From positions 17,732,001-17,796,000 of the forward strand of contig NC_047016.1 of NCBI RefSeq assembly GCF_902652985.1: DNA of 64,000 nucleotides, read 5' to 3'. Source of the stretch: Pecten maximus (taxonomy: Eukaryota). Positions 1 through 13,200 of this stretch are shown here, in pieces; within the stretch, counting starts at the first letter, position 1, and the number at the start of each line of letters is the position of its first letter. The notes beneath the pieces are model-generated. The model made no database searches, was not told the DNA's origin, and saw nothing but the letters and a program-made list of their open reading frames with translations. The translations under genes and the position numbers were made by a program.

Positions 1-177
1 CGATTTGTATAACTGTTGAGGGGGGAATATCATCCATATTTTACTGTCAAAAATTACGCAACAAATGACGAGAGTACATTTCCCGTCCAAATTGTTCATC
101 ATGACGTCATGACAACCATGACGTCGCGTGGAATAACAAGTTCAACTTTGCCTTGCATTCTTTACGACATCGGCAGG

Positions 178-3100
178 ATGAAGGCGCGGCCAAAACAAAC
201 GCTGGACATTGATATGGGAGACTCGAATACGTTTCGTTTCGGAGAAAAGGGACACAGGGTTCGTTTTAAGGAGCCTATGAAATGCCGGGACAAACTTTTA
301 CGTTACCCGGGAGTAGATGACATATTGAACAGCGGTGGTATCAGGAAAGAACCACTTGTTCCTTATGAGGACAATGAAATCAAAGTAAATCCTGACCAAT
401 ACCAGCAACGAGGGGAAAGGAAAACAGAAGTTGACGAAAGACTTTTGGACGGTTATATTGGGAGAGTCTGCCTAGCGGCTGCTATGGAAGAAAGAGACAA
501 TTACGGAATAAGTAAGTACACAATACTTGTACACAACTCTTAGGTTTGTGATATCTAACTGCCTTTCTTGATCGTTTAGAGCGGACAACTTTTAGTTCTT
601 GTTTTATCCTAAATTTCTTATCTAAACACATAACGCGATCTTCAAAAGTGATTAACAACTCTTTCGGTGGTTAGCCTAGTTATTCAATCTCCGATACTAT
701 TTCATCCCCGTTACTTCCTCTCCCTCCGATAGTCTTATTATCCCCATCACTTCCTCTCCCTCCGATAGTCTTATTATCCCCATCACTTCCTCCCTCCGAT
801 AGTCTTATTATCCCCGTTACTTCCTCCCTCCGATAGTCTTATTATCCCCGTTACTTCCTCCCTCCGATAGTCTTATTATCCCCGTTACTTCCTCTCCCTC
901 CGATAGTCTTATTATCCCCGTTACTAACTCTACCTCCGATACTATTTCTACCCCGTTATTAACTCTACCTCCGATACTATTTCTACCCCGTTATTACATC
1001 TACCTCCGATACTATTTCTACCCCGTTATTACATCTACCTCCAATACTATTTCTACCCCGTTATTAACTCTATACCTCCGATACTATTTCTACTCCGTTA
1101 TTACATCTACCTCCGATACTATTTCTACCCCGTTATTAACTCTACCTCCGATACTATTTCTACTTCGTTACTAACTCTACCTCCAATACTATTTCTACTC
1201 CGTTATTACATCTACCTCCGATACTATTTCTACTCCGTTACTAACTCTACCTCCAATACTATTTCTACCCCGTTACTAACTCTATACCTCCAATACTATT
1301 TCTACCCCGTTATTACATCTACCTCCGATACTATTTCTACTCCGTTACTAACTCTACCTCCAATACTATTTCTACCCCGTTATTACATCTACCTCCGATA
1401 CTATTTCTACCCCGTTATTACATCTAACTCCGATACTATTTCTACCCCGTTATTAACTCTACCTCCGATACTATTTCTACCCCGTTATTAATTCTACCTC
1501 CAATACTATTTCTACCCCGTTATTAACTCTACCTCCGATACTATTTCTACCCCGTTATTACATCTACCTCCGATACTATTTCTACCCCGTTATTACATCT
1601 ACCTCCGATACTATTTCTACCCCGTTATTAACTCTACCTCCGATACTATTTCTACCCCGTTATTACATCTACCTCCGATACTATTGCTACCCCGTTACTA
1701 ACTCTACCTCCAATACTATTTACACCCCTGTTGATGCCTCTACCTCCGATACTATTTCTACCCCGTTATTAACTCTACCTCCGATACTATTTCTACCCCG
1801 TTATTACATCTACCTCCGATACTATTTCTACCCCATTACTAACTCTACCTCCAATACTATTTCTACCCCGTTACTAACTCTACCTCCGATACTATTTCTA
1901 CTCCGTTATTACATCTACCTCCGATACTATTTCTACCCCGTTATTACATCTACCTCCGATACTATTTCTACCCCGTTATTACATCTACCTCCGATACTAT
2001 TTCTACCCCGTTATTAACTCTACCTCCGATACTATTTCTACCCCGTTATTACATCTACCTCCGATACTATTTCTACCCCGTTATTACATCTACCTCCGAT
2101 ACTATTTCTACCCCGTTATTACGTCTACCTCCGATACTATTTCTACCCCGTTATTAACTCTACCTCCGATACTATTTCTACCCCGTTATTACATCTACCT
2201 CCGATACTATTTCTACCCCGTTATTAACTCTATACCTCCAATACTATTTCTACCCCGTTATTACATCTACCTCCGATACTATTTCTACCCCGTTACTAAC
2301 TCTACCTCCGATATTATTTCTACCCCGTTACTAACTCTACCTCCGATACTATTTCTACCCCGTTATTACATCTACCTCCGATACTATTTCTACCCCGTTA
2401 CTAACTCTACCTCCGATACTATTTCTACCCCGTTATTACATCTACCTCCGATACTATTTCTACCCCGTTACTAACTCTACCTCCAATACTATTTCTACCC
2501 CGTTATTACATCTACCTCCGATACTATTTCTACCCCGTTACTAACTCTACCTCCGATACTATTTCTACCCCGTTACTAACTCTACCTCCGATACTATTTC
2601 TACCCCGTTACTAACTCTACCTCCAATACTATTTCTACCCCGTTACTAACTCTACCTCCGATACTATTTCTACCCCGTTATTACATCTACCTCCGATACT
2701 ATTTCTACCCCGTTATTACATCTACCTCCAATACTATTTCTACCCCGTTACTAACTCTACCTCCGATACTATTTCTACCCCGTTACTAACTCTACCTCCG
2801 ATACTATTTCTACCCCGTTATTACATCTAACTCCGATACTATTTCTACCCCGTTACTAACTCTACCTCCGATACTATTTCTACCCCGTTACTAACTCTAC
2901 CTCCGATACTATTTCTACCCCGTTATTAACCTACTACCTCCAGATTACTATTTTCACCCCGTTACTAACTCTACCTCCGATTACTAATTTCTTCACCCGT
3001 TACTAACTCTACCTCCGATACTATTTCTACCCCGTTATTACATCTACCTCCGATACTTTATTTCTACCCCGTTATTAACTCTACCTCCGATACTATTCTA

Positions 3101-6100
3101 CCCCGTGATTACATCTTTCCCAACGCATATACTATTCTAAACACTTATTACATCTACCTCCAATACTATTTCTACCCCGTTATTACATCTACCTCCGATA
3201 CTATTTCTACCCCGTTATTACATCTACCTCCGATACTATTTCTACCCCGTTATTACATCTACCTCCGATACTATTTTCTACCCCGTTATTAACTCTACCT
3301 CCGATACTATTTCTACCCCGTTATTACATCTACCTCCGATACTATTTCTACCCCGTTATTACATCTACCTCCGATACTATTTCTACCCCGTTATAACTCT
3401 ACCTCCGATACTATTTCTACCCCGTTATTACATCTACCTCCGATACTATTTCTACCCCGTTATTACATCTACCTCCGATACTATTTCTACCCCGTTATTA
3501 CATCTACCTCCAATACTATTTCTACCCCGTTACTAACTCTACCTCCGATACTATTTCTACCCCGTTATTACATCTAACTCCGATACTATTTCTACCGCGT
3601 TATTACATCTACCTCCGATACTATTTCTACCCCGTTACTAACTCTACCTCCAATACTATTTACACCCCTGTTGATGCCTCTACCTCCGATACTGTTTCAA
3701 TCTCCCCCGGGGTTTATTACTTTTTCGTCCCTCGTTACTGCTTCTACAATGTTTATCTCTTCCATAATTTTGCACAGTTGTATCACGTCAGCTCTCTCTC
3801 TCGACGATATACAGGGGTTTGCAGTCCAAGTTTGCGAAGTCTCTCTGGATATGATAAGTGTTTTAGGTTTGGAAACGAAACCGAGGCATATTCAAGGGAC
3901 TAGTACTAGGTCCATGAATGGAAAGGTGCAGGATATGATTAGGTTTCTGTTTGCTTTCAAAACTGCGGCAGATAAGCTTTCAAGACACTTAATACTATAA
4001 TACCAAGATTTCCCCCCCTTGATAGTTTTACTATGAAGCAATGATTGATCTTGCTTGATAAAGCATTCGTGTTTACATTTTCGAAATGTCCTTTTTTTCA
4101 ATATTCATGAGGCCATAACAACATTGGCTTCTGGACATACTCCATAAACGTGAATTATGATAAATATGGCTAAAAGCCAATGTTGTTATGACCTCACGAA
4201 TGTTGAAAAACATAAATTTTATCCCTTATATTTACATTATGGTTGTTGTTTTTTTTTTTAAATTTTATTTGTTAAAGCACTCAATAATAAAAAAAAATTG
4301 CATTTTTCTTGTTTTTACCCGTGAGTGATTTCAGAGAGAGAACAGCCGTTTTTCGCGGAGAAAGTGTCAGACAGTTCTTGGCACGGTCTTAGCAACCGGC
4401 ATAACAACACAAACAAAATGTAGTTCCATCTACAACATTGACCCTGTGTGTCGTGCGGAGTGTACTATCAGTAGAAAAACGCCATTACTACATACTGTGA
4501 TGAGGCTAATGTTGTTTTGAAAATTAAAAAAAAAATCGCCAATGCATCAAATCAAACTTAATAATGTTTAGTTTTCATCGGCCTTTGAGGTAAAGACTAA
4601 ATCTAGTTCTTTTAGCTTTGAATTCTTGGTCGTGTTGGTTATGGATTGCCCTGTAAACTAGTGTATTATGAGTAACAAGACCGGCCCTAAGACACTGATG
4701 TCTATGTGGATGTGGGTCCCTTTGCAACATGTTGTTTTAGATTTTGTAGGACATCTTGAATACAATACCAGACCTTATCTAAAACTCCATATATAGTGCC
4801 CGAGTCTGTAGACGAGTGTTTTGTGTGAGACTTAATCGAAGGCTTTACTATAGTCCAAAAATAGCATTTGTTGTCTCGTTATTACATGTCAATGGTCTTG
4901 GCCCAGTCCTCTAATGCTTATAGCGGTAAGGTGGTAGAGGAGTGCGCTTTTCTTAATCAGTGCTGACACTTAGATAGCAAGGCTCTGTCTCCCATATCTT
5001 TTAAAAGTTCATCCCGTATTATCCTTTGGAATATTTTGCTAGACACTGGACGTGGGGCCGCGGTGGCCGAGTGGTTAAGATGTCCCGACACTTCAACACT
5101 AGCCCTCCACCGTCCTTAAATGACCCTGGCTGTTAATAGGACGTTAAACAAAACCAAACCAAACCAAACTGGACGTCAAACTGATAGGGCCGTTGTTGTT
5201 AAATCAATTTCTTTTCCAATTTTTAAGATTGATGTGATGTTACCTACTTCCCATGATAAAAGGACGATACCTATATCTGAAGAGATTTTTTGAATAGTTG
5301 CGTAAGCGTATTTTTTAATTCTGAAGCTGCGTGGATAAAAATACATGCACCGTAGAATAAAAGTCACACGTGTACTTTGACTTAATTCCTGTTTCTATTG
5401 GTTTACATTGCTTTGGATAAGGAGTTTCTGGACACCACTATACAACGACGTCCACGTGTCCCATATTTTACCAATATATGTAACATTGCATCATACATTG
5501 CTTTTCTTTACCATAGTGGATCCCTACGATGGTCACGTGACAAATCCGGAAGCTCTAATGCAGGCATTCGAAGATAGCCGATTTGAAAAGAAAGTTAAAA
5601 AGGACAAGAAGGGAAAGTGGAACAAGAAGGAAAAGAAGCGAAAAATGGCGGAAGAATATTTGGTCACAGAGAGTTGTGATCAATCAACAGCACAGATGGT
5701 GTCGGTTCCTCTAAAGGAGTTCCGGTGAGTGATTTTGTGGTATGCTTGAGCGTTAATGAGATAATGTAGTATCCAAGTTTTCTTACATGCATTGATAGGT
5801 GTGCTACACTAATATTGGGGTCAAGATCGGAAGAAAAAGAAGTCATCAACAAAACCATTCACTGTCCATAAACATAGTTTAAAACATCGAAAAATTATAG
5901 TGTCAAAAAGTGCACAAATCAGTAATGATGTCATCTCTTTGTGACGTTACTCCACGTCAACTTGACGGCGCCATTTTAATCTGATTAAAATCAGCTGTTA
6001 CATGGCTACGTTTACTATGCACTGCGCCTTAACATCTGAAGGTGCTCCGATCATATATTTTCGCTACAAAATCTTTTTTTTATTAGTTTGATAAATTTCT

Positions 6101-9100
6101 ATATTTCACTGGCATGTGCATGTAGTTATTCTGTGCGTTATTAAATTTGGCGCATGCGCGGAGTGTGCCTTCTGTTTATCAATGAATGACCGTACTCAGT
6201 TATGTATTAGTGGAAGTTAAACCCTTTAATTCACGGAATATTTCAGCACCTTCACATTAAAATATTGCTGATCGGACATATTTCCGATGGAAAGCGATGT
6301 CTTACAGACGACATCACATAAAAATCACACGTAACTGTACGAACTGTCGATAAATATGTGTATGGCCTTTAATTTGATTTGTTAGAAACTTTCTGGTAAT
6401 TTTAACAAGTTTCTAGCGGCAGGACACCATATTTTCCCAACAGTTTAAATATTTCAACGAGTTAGTTTGGATGCTATCTTTTTCCAGATACCTTGTCAAC
6501 TCAGAAGTGGAATCAAAGGCACGTATAATTCACGACTATTACCTGTACCAGTGGGATAATATGCAGAGGGACCGTATAGAAGCCTACAGAAGTCTGATCA
6601 CATGGAAAGGTAGCTTTTCGGTTCTGTGTACAGGGGATATACAATGTATATATTTAGACAGTCCTAGCTGTAATTAGTGTAATTCTTTTGCTGAATAAGA
6701 GCTAATCGGAGTGTTAGGTTGAGTGTGATGTGTGCTGTCTTTATTAACTATCTCAGTACTTAGATATTAGTCTAGTTCCTCTGCTTTTATTTGTTTGATT
6801 GATGTCTCCCGGCCGTCTTCGCAACAGCAAGGGCCATACCGTAAAGGGTGTCTAGGGAAAAAGAAAGAAAAACGACAAAACAAATAGAAAAGGAAGTAAA
6901 AAAACCCAAAAAACAACAAAACAACAACAACACAAGTTAGGTGTCTTTAATGTGCTCCTAGTAGGACATGTAGGGCGGACTATGTCTTACATACGGCAGA
7001 CACCTGATATTCTCACATACGGCAGACACCTGACGTTCTCACATACGACAGACACATGACTCCAGCTTCGTGTTGTAACATACGACAGACACCTGACTCC
7101 AGATTCGTGTTCTCATATACGGCAGACACTTGACTCCAGATTCGTGTTCTCACATACGGCATATACTTGACTCCAGCTTCCTGTTCTCACATACTGCAGA
7201 CACTTGACTCCAGATTCATGTTCTCACATACTGCAGACACCTGACTCGACATTCGTGTTCTCACATACGGCAGACACCTGACTCCAGATTCATGTTCTCA
7301 CATACGGCAGACACTTGACTCCAGCTTCATATTCTCACATACGGCAGACACTTGACTCCAGCTTCGTGTTCTCACATACGGCATACACTTGACTCCAGCT
7401 TCGTGTTCTCACATATGGCTGACATCTGACGCTCTCACATAAGGCAGACACTTGACTCTAGCTTCGTGTTCTCACATACGGCAGACACTTGACTCCAGCT
7501 TCGTGTTCTCACATACGGCAGACACTTGACTCCAGCTTCGTGTTCTCACATAAGGCAGACACTTGACTCTAGCTTCGTGTTCTCACATACGGCAGACACT
7601 TGACTCCAGATTCGTGTTCTCACATACGGCAGACACTTGACTCCAGCTTCGTGTTCTCACATACGGCAGACACTTGACTCCAGCTTCGTGTTCTCACATA
7701 CGGCAGACACCTGACTCCAGATTCGTGTTCTCACATACGGCAGACACTTGACTCCAGCTTAGTGTTCTCACATACCGATTCTTCGTCTATACTATAGCTA
7801 AGTTCGGATTTAAGATAGAAAATAGGATCAGTGTGTATTTCATGATCCTAAATGTAAGTGTGTTTATTGGCTTAAGTTTAAAATCTTAAACATAATCCAA
7901 GATTAGGCTTGCGACTGTCCGTGATCCCGGGCCTGGACCGATTATTATTATGACACTTTGCGAGATATGGTAGGCATTCGTACTTTACCCCGCTCCTGTT
8001 CTCAGATCACGTTTCAGCCTCGGAATGTCCCACCGATACTTATTTAAATTTTGGGCGTGACAAAATATGTCACTACATAATATACTGTGCCACCAATCCG
8101 GGGTATCTGTGCCATGTCTGCCCGACCACTTGTAGCGTTGTAATGATGTTTCATGGCGTAATTTTATGAGTAGATCTACATGAGGGGAGCTGGGCGATAC
8201 GTACCGACACAATGGTTTTATGATTATGGCCGCTATAACAAAGTCATTATAAACAGTGTGTAGTAGGTAGGTCTCCCTCTCGTCAGAAAATCTCAGTATA
8301 ATAGTGTATTTAGTGCCAGTCATTGAACAGCATATTGTATAATGCAGATCTATATAAAAGGCAAGCTAATATTTGGTCAGTACCCGACCAAAAAAACTTG
8401 ACTTCTGAGACACCTTTAAAACGTAAGCATATTAGTCAAGGATATTCCCCATTTCATAATTACTCCAATTGGTTTTATTATCACAACTGAACTAGTGACG
8501 ACATGGTTACGCTGCTTTGGTTTGGTTTATTTTGTTTAACGTCCTATTACAGCTAAGGTCATTTAAGGACGGCCTCCCGTTCGTGCGACATGCGTATGTG
8601 TGTTTTGGGAGGCTGCGGCATATTCGTGTTAAGTCTCCTTTCGATAGGCTGGAACTTTTGCGGATTTATAGTGCTACCTTCACTGAAGCATATTGCCGAA
8701 GACATCCAGCAGCACACCCCAACCGGTCACATTATACTGACAACGGGCGAACCAGTCGTCCCACTCCTAATATGCTGAGCGTTAAGCAGGAGCAGCAACA
8801 ACATTTTTAAAGACTCTGGTATGTCTCGGCTAGGGGACAGAACCCAAAGCCTTCCTCACAGCGGCGAACGCTCAACTAAAGGCCAAAAGTGAGGCATTTT
8901 CAAGGGAGACATTAGGAAGAAGAAAATTGTTCAGAAAGAAGAGAAAGATAAAGATAAGACCCCAAATTTATTCGCCTCTTACGATCCTGCAATGGGGGCA
9001 GCAGGTACAATTCTTTATGAAATCTTTACGGTACGCTATTGTGAGCAGCGTCATAGAGCGTGCCAGCTGTCTATGTGAGAAACCCCGCTTCCCCAATTCG

Positions 9101-10113
9101 CCTAATCAGTATCGCCGATAAACCGGTCTTTAAACAGTAAATTTTCATTGGTAGCTGAGAACCTGCTCTATTAAAATTACACATTCATCTTAATTTAGAC
9201 GATCTTATTAAGATACCACGTTGAACATTAATATTTATATATTTTCATTTTCTTTTAAAATGATTTCAGACCAATTCGAGCAAGCAAATGGTTTGTTGCG
9301 GCGAGTTAAATTGGAACTGGAGAAGATGACGCTGTCACGTGATACCCTAATGGCTGAGGTGAGTTGGGGTACTTAGTTGTATAAATGGAATATATTTGAG
9401 TTACAATTGATTTTTATTATTTAAGGATTAACATCAATTATTTTTTCTGTTATACAGTCATAACAGAAAAAAACTGGAGTGTACTCTAAATAAACCGCGA
9501 AGCGGTTTATGAAGAGAGTACACTCCAGTTTTTTTTTATGTTATGACTGTATAACAGAAAAAATAATTAATGTTAATCCTTATAATTTAATTTCGTCTTA
9601 TACTCACCAAGATATTTCACTTTCTTTGGCGAACTCTTTTCTGTGATAAATTATTACGCAACGTCATCGGCCAATCAAAAATGACGTTACATTTCGCAAC
9701 GTCAACAATTTTGTTATGGAGGTATAACAAAATTATTTCAGCCAATGAAAATGCGTGTTTCATACAAAATTAAATTATATCAATTTGTTGCTAATAATCA
9801 AATACCACAAGTGTATCGTAATGGCATATACACGTGGACATGTAGTTAAAAAAAGTCATGTAGCATTGATTAGAAACAAAGTTATGATTTTCGTAGTCAA
9901 TTCAGCGTTGCATCATAAGAACAATATTAATTATTTGGTTGGTTTTAGATCGAGTGCATGAAGAAAAACAAACGAAGGCGCAGTGGTGCTCAGCGGAGAC
10001 GTACACGAGAACTTGCAAAATCTCAGTCCAGTGCACTTGCTCAGGCTAGCGACCCTTCTATGTCCAGGAGTATTGAAGGCAGCCAAAGTTTCGAAGAAGA
10101 TTGTTCTCGTTGA
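178..10113 (+). CDS. Uncharacterised 5-exon gene, ~305 aa; Lys/Arg-rich segments and a predicted coiled coil
   Basis: Exons 178-511, 5517-5724, 6488-6609, 9270-9358, 9949-10113. All have AG/GT boundaries with matching phases (1,2,1,0) and join into one open frame (...NYGI-M-DPYDGH...KEF-R-YLVNSE...TWK-D-QFEQAN...LMAE-IECMKKNKRRR...DCSR*). AATAAA at 10149-10154. The start codon is uncertain (in-frame ATGs at 109, 118, 178, 214). No family recognised. Confidence 0.8.
689..3700. repeat. 35-bp minisatellite (ctacctccgatactatttctaccccgttattacat), intron 1 of gene A
   Basis: Tandem units read directly; the first ~6 units are a divergent variant (ctccgatagtcttattatccccgttacttcctc). Confidence 0.97.
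4094..4570. mobile_element. Degenerate hairpin-headed non-autonomous element
   Basis: Imperfect inverted repeat 4094-4210 (ttcatgaggccataacaacattggctt / aagccaatgttgttatgacctcacgaa); layout similar to the elements at 9416 and 31251. The 3' boundary is approximate. Confidence 0.45.
5054..5167 (+). mobile_element. Internally deleted tRNA-derived SINE (same family as 29635-29852)
   Basis: Head ggggccgcggtggccgagtggtt (A box) joined directly to the tail gtccttaaatgaccctggctgttaataggacgttaaac plus (aaacc)n; 9-bp TSD actggacgt at 5045-5053 and 5168-5176. Confidence 0.9.
5850..6114. mobile_element. Short copy of a dispersed repeat also present at 18616-20300
   Basis: Shared blocks tctctttgtgacgttactccacgtcaactt (about 5934 and 18815) and ataaatttctatattt(c/t)actggca (about 6091 and 20265). 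Confidence 0.6.
6989..7775. repeat. 37-bp minisatellite (cacatacggcagacacttgactccagcttcgtgttct)
   Basis: Tandem units read directly, e.g. starting at 7621 and 7658. Confidence 0.95.
8516..8896 (-). mobile_element. tRNA-derived SINE, second family, sharing its 3' tail with the 29635 SINE
   Basis: On the - strand: degenerate A/B-box head (tggcctttagttg...ggttctgtccc), a different body, then gtccttaaatgaccttagctgtaataggacgttaaacaaaataaaccaaaccaaa. Confidence 0.7.
9416..9778. mobile_element. Hairpin-headed non-autonomous DNA element (Crypton-like architecture, tentative)
   Basis: ~80-bp-arm palindrome 9422-9582 with a ccgc-GAA-gcgg apex, immediately followed by ataatttaattt (9582-9593), whose inverse aaattaaattat closes the element (9767-9778). 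Confidence 0.7.
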
Positions 10114-10205
10114 GGAAACCTCTTCTAATGTGCAATATATTTGATATAAATAAAATGGGCGTAAAATTTTACACGAATCGTAGTTTCTCTTAAACAAAGC
10201 GCTGG

Positions 10206-13200
10206 ATTTTGGGGACTATATCCTACACCCTACGTGTCTGTAGACTATGATTTTGGGGACTATATCCTACACCCTACGTGTCTGTATACTATGATTTTGG
10301 AGACTATATCCTACACCCTACGTGTCTGTAGACTATGATTTTGGGGACTATATCCTACATCCTACGTGTCTGTAGACTATGATTTTGGGGACTATATCCT
10401 ACACCCTACGTGTCTGTAGACTATGATTTTGGGGACTATATCCTACACCCTACGTGTCTGTATACTATGATTTTGGGGACTATATCCTACATCCTACGTG
10501 TCTGTATACTATGATTTTGGGGACTATATCCTACACCCTACGTGTCTGTAGACCTGATTTTGGGGACTATATCCTACACCCTACGTGTCTGTAGACTATG
10601 ATTTTGGGGTCTATATCCTACACCTACGTGTCTGTAGACTATGATTTTGGGGACTATATCCTACATCCTACGTGTCTGTAGACTATGATTTTGGGGACTA
10701 TATCCTACATCCTACGTGTCTGTATACTATGATTTTGGGGACTATATCCTACACCCTACGTGTCTGTAGACTATGATTTTGGGGACTATATCCTACATCC
10801 TACGTGTCTGTATACTATGAGTTTGGGGACTATATCCTACACCCTACGTGTCTGTAGACTATGATTTTGGGGACTATATCCTACACCCTATGTGTCTGTA
10901 TACTATGATTTTGGGGACTATATCCTACACCCTACGTGTCTGTAGACTATGCTTTTGGGGACTATATCCTACACCTTCCTTGTGTCTGTAGACCTGATTT
11001 TGGGGACTATATCCTACACACTACGTTTCTGTAGACTATGAGTTTGGGGACTATATCCTACACCCTACGTGCCTGTAGACTATGATTTTGGGGACTATAT
11101 CCTACACCCTACGTGTCTGTAGACTATGATTTTGGGGACTATATCCTACACCCTACGTGTCTGTAGACTATGATTTTGGGGACTATATCCTACACACTAC
11201 GTGTCTGTATACTATGATTTTGGGGACTATATCCTACACCCTACGTGCCTGTAGACTATGATTTTGGGGACTATATCCTACACCCTACGTGTCTGTAGAC
11301 TATGAGTTTGGGGACTATATCCTACACACTACGTGTCTGTAGACCTGATTTTGGGGACTATATCCTACACCCTACGTGTCTGTAGACTATGAGTTTGGGG
11401 ACTATATCCTACACCCTACGTGTCTGTAGACCTGATTTTGGGGACTATATCCTACACCCTACGTGTCTGTAGACTATGATTTTGGGGACTATATCATACA
11501 CCCTACGTGTCTGTATACTATGATTTTGGGGACTATATCCTACACCCTACGTGTCTGTAGACTATGATTTTGGGGACTATATCATACACCCTATGTGCCT
11601 GTAGACTATGATTTTGGGGACTATATCCTACACCCTACGTGTCTGTAGACTATGAGTTTGGGGACTATATCCTACACCCTACGTGTCTGTAGACCTGATT
11701 TTGGGGACTATATATACACACTACGTGTCTGTATACTATGATTTTGGGGACTATATCCTACACCCTACGTGTCTGTAGACTATGATTTTGGGGACTATAT
11801 CATACACCCTACGTGTCTGTAGACCTGATTTTGGGGACTATATCCTACACCCAACGTGTCTGTAGACCTGATTTTGGGGACTATATCCTACACCCTACGT
11901 GTCTGTATACTATGATTTTGGGGACTATATCATACACCCTACGTGCCTATAGACTATGATTTTGGGGACTATATCCTACACCCTACGTGTCTGTAGACTA
12001 TGAGTTTGGGGGACTATATCCTACACCCTACGTGTCTGTAGACCTGATTTTGGGGACTATATCCTACACCCTACGTGTCTGTAGACTATGATTTTGGGGA
12101 CTATATCCTACACCCTACGTGTCTGTAGACCTGATTTTGGGGACTATATCCTACACTCTACGTGTCTGTAGACTATGATTTTGGGGACTATATCCTACAC
12201 CCTACGTGTCTGTAGGCTATGAGTTTGGGGACTATATCCTACACCCTACGTGCCTGTAGACTATGATTTTGGGGACTATATCATACACCCTACGGGTCTG
12301 TAGACTATGATTTTGGGGACTATATCATACACCCTACGGGTCTGTAGACTATGATTTTGGGGACTATATCCTACACCCTACGTGTCTGTAGACCTGATTT
12401 TGGGGACTATATCCTACACCCTACGTGTCTGTAGACTATGATTTTGGGGACTATATCCTACACCCTACGTGTCTGTAGACTATGATTTTGGGGACTATAT
12501 CCTACACCCTACGTGTCTGTAGACTATGATTTTGGGGACTATATCCTACACCCTACGTGTCTGTAGACTATGATTTTGGGGACTATATCCTACACCCTAC
12601 GTGTCTGTAGACTATGATTTTGGGGACTATATCCTACACCCTACGTGTCTGTAGACTATGATTTTGGGGACTATATCCTACACTCTATGTGTCTGTAGAC
12701 TATGATTTTGGGGACTATATCCTACACCCTATGTGTCTGTAGACTATGATTTTGGGGACTATATCCTACACCCTATGTGTCTGTAGACTATGATTTTGGG
12801 GACTATATCCTACACCCTACGTGTCTGTAGACCTGATTTTGGGGACTATATCCTACACCCTACGTGTCTGTAGAGTATGAGTTTGGGGACTATATCCTAC
12901 ATCCTACGTGTCTGTAGACTATGAGTTTGGGGGACTATATCCTACACCCTACGTGTCTGTAGACCTGATTTTGGGGACTATATCCTACACCCTACGTGTC
13001 TGTAGACTATGAGTTTGGGGGACTATATCCTACACCCTACGTGTCTGTAGACCTGATTTTGGGGACTATATCCTACACCCTACGTGTCTGTAGACTATGA
13101 TTTTGGGGACTATATCCTACACCCTACGTGTCTGTAGACCTGATTTTGGGGACTATATCCTACACCCTACGTGTCTGTAGACTATGATTTTGGGGACTAT

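Noticed and set aside
16-177. 5' extension of ORF 16..543 from a TTG start
   Set aside because: Non-ATG start in a eukaryote; more likely promoter, UTR or intron.
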